From Candidatus Eiseniibacteriota bacterium (GTDB taxonomy: Bacteria > Eisenbacteria > RBG-16-71-46): a stretch of DNA of 64,000 bases. Positions within the stretch are counted from its first letter, which is position 1. Each line of letters begins with the position of its first letter. Below are positions 10,024 through 19,647 of this stretch, piece after piece. The notes below the pieces were generated by a model that was given only the letters and a program-made list of their open reading frames with translations, did not search any database and was not told where the DNA came from. The stretch covers positions 144,495-208,494 of the forward strand of contig JADLBL010000023.1 in assembly GCA_020847735.1 (NCBI GenBank), in the 5' to 3' direction. The position numbers and the translations under genes were made by a program.

Positions 10024-11733
10024 TCACGCCCTCGCGCCTTTCGCCACCCGCGCCACCGCCGCCCCGAGCTTCGGGTGGGCGTCGAAGGCCCGCACGAAGT
10101 CGCTCTCGCGGCGGCCGCCCTTGGCGCGCATCACGGCCGCGAGCGCGAGCCGCTCGGCGGCGCTCCAGCGCTTCACGCCCGGCAGGAGCAGCGCGAGCGG
10201 GGCCCAGCGCTCCCACGCGAGGCGCTCGCCCGCGGTCCAGCCGCGGCCGGGGCCTGCGCCCAGCAGCGCGGCGGCCTCGCGGGCGCACACCGCGGCGCCG
10301 CGGTCGCCCTCACCGCCGAAGCGCCTCGCCAGGTAGTCGGTGACGGCGAAGCCGGCTTTGGCGAGCGGCAGCACGCCGAGCACGTCGGAGCGGGCCGCCC
10401 CCGCGTGCCAGTGGACGTTCTCCTCGGCGATGCGCGCGAGAAAGCGGCGGCCCGAGCGGCGCCCGGGATGGCGCGCGAGGCTCGCCTCCTCGGCGCGCAT
10501 GGCGCGGCGCGCCCAGGCGGCGCGCGGCGCGAAGCCGAGCTTGCGGTAGAACCACCAGGCGCCGCTCGCGAGGCCCTCCTCGTTGCCGGCGCCGCCGAGC
10601 TGGTAGGGGGTCACGACGAAGCTGTCCGCGCCGAACAGATGTCGCGTCATCGCCAGCACGCGGCCGTACACGGCCGCGGCCTCGCCGCCGCGATTCGTCT
10701 CGAAGATGTTGTAGGCGATTTCGGCGCTGCGATAGAGCGTGCTGGTCAGCACGTAACCGGTCGGCACGCCGTTGCGCAGGGTGAGGAAGCCGTACACCGA
10801 CTCGATCAGCAGCCGCCGCTCGGGCAGCAGCCCGAGGCACGCGAACACGAGCCCGTCGCCGCAGTCCACGAGCCGCACGTCGCGCGGGTCGGCGTAGGCG
10901 AACGCGTCGAGGTCGCGCGCGCGCGTCACCATGGCTTCGCCCGCCATCGCCACGAAGCGCCCGCCCTCGCGCGCCGAAAGCTCCCGGACCGAGAGCGGCG
11001 CCCGCGCGAGCTCGGCGCGCAGGTCGGGCCGGTCGCGGCGCAGCGGCCCGCGCTGGAAGCGGATCTTCGCCTGCCGCCACTTCGCGAGCGTGCGCGAGGG
11101 GCCGCCCGGGCCGGCGGCCAGCGCCATCGGCGCGTCCATGCCGTCCACCAGCTTCTCGAACACGAACGGGTCGCGAACGCGCGCGGCAAGACGCCGCATC
11201 ACGAACGCGGCGTCGCCCTCGCGCGGGCCCTTCATGCGCGCGAGCCAGCCGCGCACGCCGAGGTCGTACTCGTCGAGCGCGGGCGATTCGCCGTGCACGG
11301 CGAGCAGCGACAGCAGCTCCTCGAGCCGGGCCGGGTCGTCCCACTCGTTCCAATCGTAGGTGAGGCGCCCGGGCCACAGCCGCGCGAGCCGCAGCGCGGT
11401 CGGGGCGAAGAAGCGGTAGCGCGTGAGCGTGCCGGCGATGCCGCTGCCGGCCAGCGCGCGCCGGTGGCGCGCCAGGTCGGCGCGCTTCGCGAAGCTCCGC
11501 AGCAGCCGCTCGACCCGCGCGAGCGTGGCGCGATCGTCGGGATAGGCGCGCGCCAGCACGAGGCACTCGTGCAGCCGCAGGAGGTCGCGCGCACGCCGGT
11601 GCCGCGTGCGCGCGGCGCGCGCGAGCAGCGCGCGGCGTTCGCGCGCGAAGCGGGGACCGAACTCGAAGCGGATCGCCTCGAGGCGCGCCAGCACTTTCGC
11701 TGCGGCCGACGCACGCAGGCGCGAAGGCGCCAT
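10024..11733 (-). CDS. Hypothetical 569-aa protein; central region weakly GNAT/acyltransferase-like
   Basis: Long ORF with a good third-position GC bias. The segment VYGFLTLRNGVPTGYVLTS...WWFYRKLGF resembles an acetyltransferase-fold core, and I recognise no other domain. It is coupled to the upstream small membrane protein gene (6-nt gap). Confidence 0.55.
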   Translation of the reverse strand: MAPSRLRASAAAKVLARLEAIRFEFGPRFARERRALLARAARTRHRRARDLLRLHECLVLARAYPDDRATLARVERLLRSFAKRADLARHRRALAGSGIAGTLTRYRFFAPTALRLARLWPGRLTYDWNEWDDPARLEELLSLLAVHGESPALDEYDLGVRGWLARMKGPREGDAAFVMRRLAARVRDPFVFEKLVDGMDAPMALAAGPGGPSRTLAKWRQAKIRFQRGPLRRDRPDLRAELARAPLSVRELSAREGGRFVAMAGEAMVTRARDLDAFAYADPRDVRLVDCGDGLVFACLGLLPERRLLIESVYGFLTLRNGVPTGYVLTSTLYRSAEIAYNIFETNRGGEAAAVYGRVLAMTRHLFGADSFVVTPYQLGGAGNEEGLASGAWWFYRKLGFAPRAAWARRAMRAEEASLARHPGRRSGRRFLARIAEENVHWHAGAARSDVLGVLPLAKAGFAVTDYLARRFGGEGDRGAAVCAREAAALLGAGPGRGWTAGERLAWERWAPLALLLPGVKRWSAAERLALAAVMRAKGGRRESDFVRAFDAHPKLGAAVARVAKGARA

Positions 11734-11738
11734 GCGCG

Positions 11739-11981
11739 TCAGCCGGCCCGGCTCGCGGATGCGCCGGGCTGCGGGTCGCTCCCGGCCTCGACCGGGATCC
11801 AGCCGCTGTCGGGCACGAGCATGTCGGCGTCGCCGGTGAATCGGTCAATGCGCACGGGCACGAAGTCGCCGTCCACCGTCATGTGGTCGTAACGCCAGCG
11901 CGTGGGCCATACGAACGCCGCGAACGCCGCGATCAGCAGCAGCAGCACGAGGGCGCGGGCGAGCGATCCGGGGTTCTTCAC
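11739..11981 (-). CDS. Small single-pass membrane protein (about 80 aa), first gene of a two-gene operon
   Basis: GTG start at 11981 with AGGAG 4 nt upstream. One hydrophobic helix (LARALVLLLLIAAFAAFVW). Its stop lies 6 nt before the start of the 569-aa ORF. Confidence 0.5.
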   Translation of the reverse strand: MKNPGSLARALVLLLLIAAFAAFVWPTRWRYDHMTVDGDFVPVRIDRFTGDADMLVPDSGWIPVEAGSDPQPGASASRAG

Positions 11982-12341
11982 GAGGCTCCTTGCTTCCGCG
12001 GGCGAGGGCCCGCGAGGGCGGCGGCGCGTTCGCGCCCCTCGGGGACTGGCGATGCGCCGGACGAGGTGAAGCGCGCAGGGTAGCCGACGGACGGGCGCGC
12101 GCAAGCGGGCCCGCGGGCGGTTCAGGCCGGGTCAATTGTCGGGCGGAACGGGCCCTTCGAAGCCCCGGCGGGTCGCCGGCGGCGACGCCGCGCTCCAGAC
12201 GCGGCGCGCGAACGCCGAGAACCGGGGCGGAGACCTGACGCGGCACAGACAACCGCCGCCCGCGGCCCCGCGATAATCCCTTGCGCGAACCGCCGCCGCG
12301 CGGCACCCTGCGCGGCGTCGTTGCGAACCACGGGGACTTCC

Positions 12342-12764
12342 ATGCGCACCCAGGGCTTTCGTTTCTTCGCGATCGTGAGCACACTGGCGCTGCTGTTCGG
12401 CGCGCAGGTGTGCATGGTCGTGCAGTGCGCGCCCGGCAAGTCCACGTCGCTTGCGCACCAGTGCTGCGTGAAGGCCGCCGCCGCGAACGCCGCGGACAGC
12501 CCGCTGCGGCATCCGGCGCCCCAGTCCCCGGCGCCGCACGAGAGCACGCGACCGTGCTGCGTCCAGGTCACGACCGCCGCGGCGCCCGAGCTGCATCCTC
12601 CGGCCGCGACCGGCTTCCAGGCGCTCGCCGCGGTGCTCGTCACCGCGCAGCTCGCCGTGGCGCCCGCCACGGCGCCCGCGCCGCCCCGTCCCGGCGACGT
12701 CCTCGCGCCAGGCTGCGCGCCGCCCCTTTCGGCGGCCGGCTCGCGCGCGCCCCCGCGCGCGTAA
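12342..12764 (+). CDS. Hypothetical small secreted or membrane Cys-rich protein (about 140 aa)
   Basis: ORF in an otherwise empty gap of about 1 kb. Signal-peptide-like N-terminus (MRTQGFRFFAIVSTLALLFGAQV), paired cysteines (VQCAP, HQCCV, RPCCVQV) and a second hydrophobic segment. GC3 bias is consistent with coding. No family is recognised. An alternative TTG start lies at 12321. Confidence 0.35.
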   Translation: MRTQGFRFFAIVSTLALLFGAQVCMVVQCAPGKSTSLAHQCCVKAAAANAADSPLRHPAPQSPAPHESTRPCCVQVTTAAAPELHPPAATGFQALAAVLVTAQLAVAPATAPAPPRPGDVLAPGCAPPLSAAGSRAPPRA

Positions 12765-12976
12765 GGGACCGCCCGAAGCGACGTCTGCAGCCCGGTGAGG
12801 ACGCCACGCACGTTGGCGCCCTGAACCGGGTCGGACCGCCCGGCGGTTCCACCCGGCCCGCGCCCCGCTCCACCCGCGCGGCCGGAGGGCGGCCACTCGT
12901 TCCGACGCTTCGCGATTTCCACGTCTTCATCGCACCGGCCGTTCGCGGTCGAACCCATACCTTGAAGGAGCAGGCC

Positions 12977-13336
12977 ATGAAGCCCATGACCCGGATCCTC
13001 ACGCTCACGCTCGCGCTCGCCGCCACCGCCGGTTCGCTCGCCCTCGCGAGCGCGGCGCCCGCGCCGGCGCGGGAACAGAAGGTCGTCCTCACCGTGACCA
13101 AGAAGGGCTTCGAGCCCGCGGCGGTGCGCGTGTTCGCCGACCGTCCCGTGCGGCTCGTCGTCACGCGCAAGGCCGAGGGGACGTGCGCGACCGAGATCGT
13201 CCTCAAGGACTACGGCATCCAGCGGCCGCTGCCCCTGGGCAAGACGGTCGAGGTGCGCTTCACGCCGAAGAAGGCGGGTACGATCCGCTACGCCTGCGCG
13301 ATGGACATGATCGCCGGCAAGATCGTCGTCCAGTGA
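12977..13336 (+). CDS. Periplasmic cupredoxin-like domain protein (Cupredoxin_1 type) preceding cusCBA
   Basis: ATG with GAAGGAG RBS, a signal peptide, and a 119-aa small beta-sandwich protein with Cys in EGTCATE and YACAMDM. The CusC start follows 14 nt after its stop. Confidence 0.7.
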   Translation: MKPMTRILTLTLALAATAGSLALASAAPAPAREQKVVLTVTKKGFEPAAVRVFADRPVRLVVTRKAEGTCATEIVLKDYGIQRPLPLGKTVEVRFTPKKAGTIRYACAMDMIAGKIVVQ

Positions 13337-13349
13337 ACCGGAGGTCGTG

Positions 13350-14777
13350 ATGCCCTCCTCAGACAATCGGTGGCGCGGGCCGCTTCGCGGCCTGCTGGCG
13401 CTGCTCGTCGTCGCGATCGCCTCCCCCGCGGTCGCGGCGGCGGGCGTCGAGCTGACGCGCGACTCGCTGCTCGCGGGGCTGGTGCGCGAAGCGCTCGCGA
13501 ATCGCCCCGAGGTCGCGCAGGCGCAGGCGGCGGCGAAGGCCGAGGCCGAGCGCGTGCCCCAGGCGCGCGCCCTGCCCGACCCGGTGCTGTCGCTGAGCCT
13601 GCAGAACGACGGCTTCGAGCGCCTGATGATCGGCGAGATGGAAACGAGCTACTGGACGGTCGCGGGCGCGCAGACCTTTCCATGGCCCGGCAAGCGCGGC
13701 CTGCGGGGACGCGCGCAGTCGCTGGGCGCGGAGCAGGCGGAAGCCGACCTCGAACGCGCGCGGCTCACGGCGCGGGCGGACGTCGAGCGCGCGTACGTGG
13801 ACCTGCTGCTCGCCCGCGACCGGCTCGCGATCCTCGCGCGGCTCGAGACCGTGTGGGCGCAGGCCGAGGGGCTCTCGCGTTCGCGCTACGAAACCGGCGA
13901 AGGGGCGCAGTCCGACATCCTGCGCGCGCAGCTCGAGCGCAGCCGGCTGCGCCAGCAGCGCTGGGCGCTGATCGCCGAGGAGCGGCGCAGCCTGGCCGAG
14001 CTCGACCGCGCGAGCGGCCGCCCCGCGAACGCGCCGCTGGCGACGACGCTGTCGCTCGGAGATCTCGACGACCCGCTGCTGCCCGACTCGGCGGCGGCGG
14101 AGGCGGACGCGGAAGCGCGCAGCCCCGAGTTGCGCCGCGCCAGGCTCGGCCTCGAGCAGTCACGGGCGCTGGTCACGCTCGCGCGCCGCGACTACTTCCC
14201 CGACCTCACCCTGAGCGGCGGCGTGATGCCGCGCGGAGGGGCGTTCGAGCCGATGTGGCAGGCGGGCGTTTCGCTGCCGCTGCCGCTGTGGGCGGCGGGC
14301 AAGCAGTCCCGAGCGGTGCGCGAGTCGCGCCTGCGCGAGCAGGTGGCCGAGAGCGGTGCGGAAGCCGTGCGGCGGACGCTGCGGCAGCGGCTCGAGGAAA
14401 GGCGCGGCGCGCTGACCGCGCTGCTCGAGACGAACCGGCTCTACCGCGCCGGGCTCCTCGTCCAGTCGGAGGCGACGGTCTCCAGCACGATGGCCCAGTA
14501 CCGGGTCGGGCGCGTGCCCTTCGCCTCGGTGCTCGAGGCGCTCGAAGGCTGGCTCGGCGACCTCGCCGGCTACTACGAATCGGTCGCGACCACGCAGCGC
14601 GTGGACATCGCGCGGCGCGAACTGAGTCTCGAACCCATCGCCGGCCCCGCGGCCGGCGGCCTGGGCGGCGGGCCGATGCCCGGCGCCGGCGGCTTGAGCG
14701 GCGCGCCCGCGTCCGCCGGCGGCGCATCGCCCGCCCCGGCCGCCGCGTCCGGCGCGTCGGCCATGCCCAGGATGTAG
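13350..14777 (+). CDS. cusC: Outer membrane factor CusC/CzcC family
   Basis: Signal peptide and the typical OMF two-repeat helical architecture. GGAGG RBS. An unusual Gly/Ala/Pro-rich low-complexity C-terminal tail of about 45 aa. Confidence 0.8.
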   Translation: MPSSDNRWRGPLRGLLALLVVAIASPAVAAAGVELTRDSLLAGLVREALANRPEVAQAQAAAKAEAERVPQARALPDPVLSLSLQNDGFERLMIGEMETSYWTVAGAQTFPWPGKRGLRGRAQSLGAEQAEADLERARLTARADVERAYVDLLLARDRLAILARLETVWAQAEGLSRSRYETGEGAQSDILRAQLERSRLRQQRWALIAEERRSLAELDRASGRPANAPLATTLSLGDLDDPLLPDSAAAEADAEARSPELRRARLGLEQSRALVTLARRDYFPDLTLSGGVMPRGGAFEPMWQAGVSLPLPLWAAGKQSRAVRESRLREQVAESGAEAVRRTLRQRLEERRGALTALLETNRLYRAGLLVQSEATVSSTMAQYRVGRVPFASVLEALEGWLGDLAGYYESVATTQRVDIARRELSLEPIAGPAAGGLGGGPMPGAGGLSGAPASAGGASPAPAAASGASAMPRM

Positions 14778-14790
14778 GACGGAGGATCCC

Positions 14791-16251
14791 GTGAACGACG
14801 AACCGAACGAAACCGGAGCGCCGGCCGCCCGCAGGGGCGGAGTGGCGCGCACCGCGACGCTGGCCACCGTGCTGATCGTCGCCGGGGTGGCGCTGGGAGT
14901 CGGCGCGACCTGGCTGGCGATGCGCCAGCCGGCGAAGGCGCCCGCGCCGGCGAGCGGGAAGGCCGCGGCCGAGAAGCCGCTCTACCAGTGCCCGATGCAC
15001 CCGACCATCACGTCGGACCATCCGGGCGACTGCCCGATCTGCGGGATGAAGCTGGTCGAGGTGCACGGCGAGGCGAAGGCCGACGCCGAGGCGGGAACGC
15101 CGGAGCGCAAGATCCTCTTCTACCGCTCGCCGATGGATCCGCTGCAGACCTCGCACACGCCGCGCAAGGACGAGATGGGGATGGATTACCTTCCCGTCTA
15201 CGCGGACGAGATGCAGTCGGAGAACGTGAAGGTGGACGGGCTCGCGACCGTGACGATCGATCCCGCGCGCCAGCAGCTCATCGGTCTGCACACCGCGCCG
15301 GTCCTGAGCGGCACGCTGTCGGGAAGCTGGCGCACCGTCGGGCGCGTCGAGGTGGACCCGACGCGGGTCCGCCGCACGAACGTCAAGGTCGAGGGCTACG
15401 TCGAGAAGCTGTACGTGGACTTCGTGGGCCAGCCGGTGCGGCGCGGCGAGCCGCTGTTCTCGCTCTACAGCCCCTCGCTGCTGGCGGCCGAGAACGAGTA
15501 CGTCCTCGCGCTCAAGACCCGCGACGCGCTCGCGGGCGCGGGCTCCGCGGACGACGACGGTCCGGCGCTCGTCGAGGCGGCGCGCCGCAAGCTCGAGCTG
15601 TGGGACGTGCCGCCGGAGGAGATCCGCCGGCTCGAGCAGTCGCGCTCGCCCTCGCGCACGCTGACGTTCCTCTCGCCGATCGGCGGCGTGGTCACGGCCA
15701 AGAACGTCGTGCAGGGCGCGAGCCTCAAGCCCGGCGACACGCCGTACGAGATCACCGATCTCGGCGAGGTCTGGGTCATGGCCGACGCCTACGAAGGCGA
15801 CCTGGCCAGCGTGCGTGTGGACATGCCGGCGGTCCTGACGCTGAAGGCCTATCCGGGCCGGACCTTCCGCGGCATGGTGGCGTTCATTGATCCGCTGCTG
15901 GACGCGGCGACGCGCACGGCGAAGGTGCACATGCACTTTCCCAACCCGGGCGGCGTGCTCAAGCCGGAGATGTTCGGCGAGGTCGTTCTCGAGGGCCGCG
16001 ACCGCGAAGGCCTGATCATTCCCGCCGACGCGGTCATCCACACCGGCACGCGCGACGTCGTGTTCGTCGCGCTCGGCGAGGGCCGGTTCGCGCCGCGCGA
16101 GGTCCAGCTCGGGGTGCGCAGCGGCACCGAGGTCGAGGTCCGCGGCTCGCTCGAAGCCGGCCAGGAGGTCGTGACGCGGGCGAACTTCCTCGTGGATTCC
16201 GAGTCGCAGCTGCGCGCCTCGCTCGCGGCGATGGCCGGGAAGCAGCCATGA
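14791..16251 (+). CDS. cusB: CusB/CzcB membrane fusion protein with N-terminal heavy-metal-binding domain
   Basis: N-terminal TM, then YQCPMHP...CPICGMK (a CusB-type metal-binding domain), followed by RND-MFP beta-barrel and lipoyl regions. Its stop overlaps the cusA start (ATGA). Confidence 0.88.
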   Translation: MNDEPNETGAPAARRGGVARTATLATVLIVAGVALGVGATWLAMRQPAKAPAPASGKAAAEKPLYQCPMHPTITSDHPGDCPICGMKLVEVHGEAKADAEAGTPERKILFYRSPMDPLQTSHTPRKDEMGMDYLPVYADEMQSENVKVDGLATVTIDPARQQLIGLHTAPVLSGTLSGSWRTVGRVEVDPTRVRRTNVKVEGYVEKLYVDFVGQPVRRGEPLFSLYSPSLLAAENEYVLALKTRDALAGAGSADDDGPALVEAARRKLELWDVPPEEIRRLEQSRSPSRTLTFLSPIGGVVTAKNVVQGASLKPGDTPYEITDLGEVWVMADAYEGDLASVRVDMPAVLTLKAYPGRTFRGMVAFIDPLLDAATRTAKVHMHFPNPGGVLKPEMFGEVVLEGRDREGLIIPADAVIHTGTRDVVFVALGEGRFAPREVQLGVRSGTEVEVRGSLEAGQEVVTRANFLVDSESQLRASLAAMAGKQP

Positions 16252-19200
16252 TCCGGCGGATCATCCGCTTCTCGGCCGAGAACCGTTACCTGGTCATCGC
16301 CGCCACGCTGGTGGCGCTGGTGATCTCGTTCTGGACGATGAACCACATCGCCCTCGACGCGCTGCCGGATCTTTCCGACACGCAGGTGATCGTCTACACG
16401 CGCTGGGACCGCAGCCCGGACATCATCGAGGACCAGGTCACCTACCCGATCATCACCTCGCTGCTGGGCGCGCCGAAGGTCAAGGCCATCCGCGGCTTCT
16501 CGGACTTCGGATTCAGCCACGTGTACGTGGTCTTCCAGGACGGCACCGACATCTACTGGGCCCGCAGCCGCGTGCTCGAATACCTCTCGAAGATCTCGGC
16601 GCGGCTGCCGGAGGGGGTCAGGACCGAGCTGGGCCCCGACGCGACCAGCGTGGGCTGGGTGTTCCAGTACGCGCTCGTGGACCGCTCGGGCCGGCACTCG
16701 ACGGACGAACTACGCAGCTACCAGGACTGGTTCCTGCGCTACGCCGTGCAGAGCGTGCCCGGCGTGGCCGAAGTCGCGACCGTGGGCGGGCAGGTGCGCC
16801 AGTACCAGGTCACGGTGAATCCCGCGAGCCTGGCGGCCTACGGGCTGCCGCTCGAGGCGGTCGTCGAGGCGGTGCGCCGCGGCAACAACGACGTCGGCGG
16901 CCGGCTCGTCGAGCTGTCGGGGCGCGAGTACATGGTGCGCGGCCGCGGCTACGTGAAATCCATCGGCGACCTCGAGAAGCTGGTGCTCAAGACCGAGAAG
17001 GGAACGCCCATCCAGATCAAGGACGTCGCGACGGTGGTGCTCGGCCCCGAGATGCGGCGCGGCATCGCCGACTACAACGGCGAGGGCGACGTGGTCGGCG
17101 GCATCGTCGTGATGCGGCAGGGCGAGAACGCCCTCAACGTCATCGAGCGCGTCAAGGAGAAGCTCGAGGAGCTCAAGCCGTCGCTGCCCGCCGGCGTCGA
17201 GGTGGTCACGACGTACGACCGCTCGGAGCTGATCCACCGCGCGATCCACACGGTGAAGAGCAAGATCCTCGAGGAAGTGCTGATCGTCGCGCTCGTGATC
17301 CTGCTGTTCCTGTGGCACATCCCGTCCGCGACCGTGCCCATCCTGACGATTCCGGTCAGCGTCGCGCTGGCGTTCATCCCGATGTACGCGATGGGGCTCA
17401 ACGCCAACCTGCTGTCCATGGCGGGCATCGCCATCTCGATCGGCGTGCTCGTGGACGGCGCGATCATCGAGGTCGAGAACGCCTACAACAAGATCCACCG
17501 CTGGCAGGCCGGCGGCCGCAAGGGCGACTTCCACGAGGTCCGGCTGCAGGCGCTGCTCGAGGTCGGGCCGTCGGTGTTCTTCTCGCTGCTGATCATCGCC
17601 GTGGCGTTCCTGCCGGTCTTCACGCTGGTGGACCAGGAAGGCCGGCTGTTCAAGCCGCTCGCCTACACGAAGAACCTGACCATGGCGATCGCGGCGATCC
17701 TCGCCATCACGTTCAATCCGGCGACGCGGATGCTGTTCGCCCGCATCGACCCGTTCACCTTCCGGCCGCGCTGGCTGGCGCGCCTGGCGACGACGCTGCT
17801 CGTCGGCCGCTACTATTCCGAATCGCGGCATCCCATCAGCCGCGTGCTGCACCGCCTCTACGAGCGTCCCTGCCGGTTCGTCGTCCGGCACGCGAAGGCG
17901 ACGGTGGCCGCCAGCGGCCTGCTCGTGCTGGCGACGGTTCCGGTCTTCCTGTCGCTCGGCTCGGAGTTCATGCCGCCGCTCGACGAGGGCTCGCTCCTTT
18001 ACATGCCGTCGGCCGTGCAGCCGGGCATGTCCGTCGCCGAGGCGCAGAAGGCGCTGCAGGTGCAGGACAAGCTGCTGCGGACGTTCCCGGAGGTCGCGAC
18101 CGTGTTCGGCAAGGCGGGCCGCGCCGACACGCCCACCGACCCGGCTCCGCTCTCGATGATGGAGACCACGGTCCTGCTCAAGCCGGAGTCGCAGTGGCGC
18201 GAACGGAAGCGCTGGTATTCGGGCTGGGCGCCGGAGTGGCTGAAGGGCGTGCTGCGGCCGGTCTGGCGCGACCGCATCTCCGAGGAGCAGCTCGTCGAGG
18301 AGATGGACGCGGCGCTGCGGCTGCCCGGGATCAGCAACGCCTGGACGATGCCGATCAAGGCGCGGCTCGACATGCTTTCGACGGGCATCCGCACGCCGGT
18401 CGGCATCAAGGTGAGCGGCGCCGACCTGCAGGTGATCCAGCGGACCGCACTCGAGATCGAGTCGGCGCTGCAGAAGGTGCCGGACACCCGCAGCGTGTAC
18501 GCCGAGCGCGTCGCGAGCGGCTACTTCGTGGACTTCGTGCTCGATCGCGACCATCTTGCGCGCTACGGCCTGACGGTGGACGACGCGAACATGATGATCA
18601 TGACCGCGGTCGGGGGCGACAACCAGACGACCACGGTCGAGGGCCGAGAGCGCTACGGCGTGAGCGTGCGCTACGCCCGCGACTACCGCGAGGACCTCGG
18701 CGCGCTCAGGCGCGTGCTGATTTCGCTGCCCGGCGGGCGCGGACAGATCCCGATGTCCGAGATCGCCGACGTCAAGCTCGTCGAAGGACCGTCCATGATC
18801 CGCGACGAGAACGGGCTGCTCTCCGGCTACGTCTACGTGGACTTCGACGTCGCGAAGACCGACATCGGCCGCTACGTCGAGCGCGCGAAGAAGGCGGTCG
18901 CGGCCGAGGTGAAACTGCCGACCGGCTACGCGCTCGCCTGGAGCGGGCAGTACGAGAACATGCTGCGCGTCTCGGAGCGCATGAAGTTCATCGTGCCGCT
19001 CACGCTCGTGCTGATCTTCGGCCTGCTCTACCTGAACACGAAGTCCGCGTTCAAGTCCATGGTGGTGATGCTGGCGGTGCCGTTCTCGCTGATCGGCGCG
19101 GTCCTGCTGCTGTGGATGCTCGGCTACAACATGTCCATCGCGGTGTGGGTCGGCATCATCGCGCTGGCCGGCCTGGACGCCGAGACCGGAGTGTTCATGC

Positions 19201-19592
19201 TGCTGTTCCTCGACCTTTCGCACGACGAGGCGAAGGAGCACGGCCGGCTGCGCACGACCGGCGATCTGGTCGAGGCGATCATCCACGGCGCGGTCAAGCG
19301 GATCCGGCCCAAGGCGATGACGGTGGCGGCGGCGTTCATGGGCCTGCTGCCGATCATGTGGTCCACCGAGACCGGCTCCGATCTCATGAAGCGCATCGCC
19401 GCGCCGATGGTCGGCGGGCTGGTGACCTCGTTCCTGCTCGAACTGCTGGTCTACCCGGCCATCTACTACCTGTGGCGCCGGCACGAGGTGGGCGAAGGCC
19501 CGGCGTCGCCCGACTGGGCCCTGGTGGACGCGCACGCCGACGACGAGCCGGCGACCGCGGGTCCGCAGGCGGCGGCGGCGCCGACGGCGTGA
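16248..19592 (+). CDS. cusA: Heavy-metal efflux RND permease CusA/CzcA (HME-RND)
   Basis: 1114 aa with 12 TMS and the conserved HME-RND N-terminus (MIRRIIRFSAENRYLVIAATLVALVISFWTMNHIALDALPDLSDTQVIVYT). Confidence 0.92.
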   Translation: MIRRIIRFSAENRYLVIAATLVALVISFWTMNHIALDALPDLSDTQVIVYTRWDRSPDIIEDQVTYPIITSLLGAPKVKAIRGFSDFGFSHVYVVFQDGTDIYWARSRVLEYLSKISARLPEGVRTELGPDATSVGWVFQYALVDRSGRHSTDELRSYQDWFLRYAVQSVPGVAEVATVGGQVRQYQVTVNPASLAAYGLPLEAVVEAVRRGNNDVGGRLVELSGREYMVRGRGYVKSIGDLEKLVLKTEKGTPIQIKDVATVVLGPEMRRGIADYNGEGDVVGGIVVMRQGENALNVIERVKEKLEELKPSLPAGVEVVTTYDRSELIHRAIHTVKSKILEEVLIVALVILLFLWHIPSATVPILTIPVSVALAFIPMYAMGLNANLLSMAGIAISIGVLVDGAIIEVENAYNKIHRWQAGGRKGDFHEVRLQALLEVGPSVFFSLLIIAVAFLPVFTLVDQEGRLFKPLAYTKNLTMAIAAILAITFNPATRMLFARIDPFTFRPRWLARLATTLLVGRYYSESRHPISRVLHRLYERPCRFVVRHAKATVAASGLLVLATVPVFLSLGSEFMPPLDEGSLLYMPSAVQPGMSVAEAQKALQVQDKLLRTFPEVATVFGKAGRADTPTDPAPLSMMETTVLLKPESQWRERKRWYSGWAPEWLKGVLRPVWRDRISEEQLVEEMDAALRLPGISNAWTMPIKARLDMLSTGIRTPVGIKVSGADLQVIQRTALEIESALQKVPDTRSVYAERVASGYFVDFVLDRDHLARYGLTVDDANMMIMTAVGGDNQTTTVEGRERYGVSVRYARDYREDLGALRRVLISLPGGRGQIPMSEIADVKLVEGPSMIRDENGLLSGYVYVDFDVAKTDIGRYVERAKKAVAAEVKLPTGYALAWSGQYENMLRVSERMKFIVPLTLVLIFGLLYLNTKSAFKSMVVMLAVPFSLIGAVLLLWMLGYNMSIAVWVGIIALAGLDAETGVFMLLFLDLSHDEAKEHGRLRTTGDLVEAIIHGAVKRIRPKAMTVAAAFMGLLPIMWSTETGSDLMKRIAAPMVGGLVTSFLLELLVYPAIYYLWRRHEVGEGPASPDWALVDAHADDEPATAGPQAAAAPTA

Positions 19593-19600
19593 AGCGTGGC

Positions 19601-19630
19601 GGGCCGGGCGTCCTCGCGGATGCCCGGCCC
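19601..19630. terminator. Putative bidirectional terminator hairpin between convergent cusA and the small periplasmic gene
   Basis: Perfect 9-bp inverted repeat GGGCCGGGC (12-nt loop) GCCCGGCCC lying 9 nt after the cusA stop. No T-tract, which is common in high-GC genomes. Confidence 0.4.
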
Positions 19631-19647
19631 GTCCCGTGCGCCGTTCG

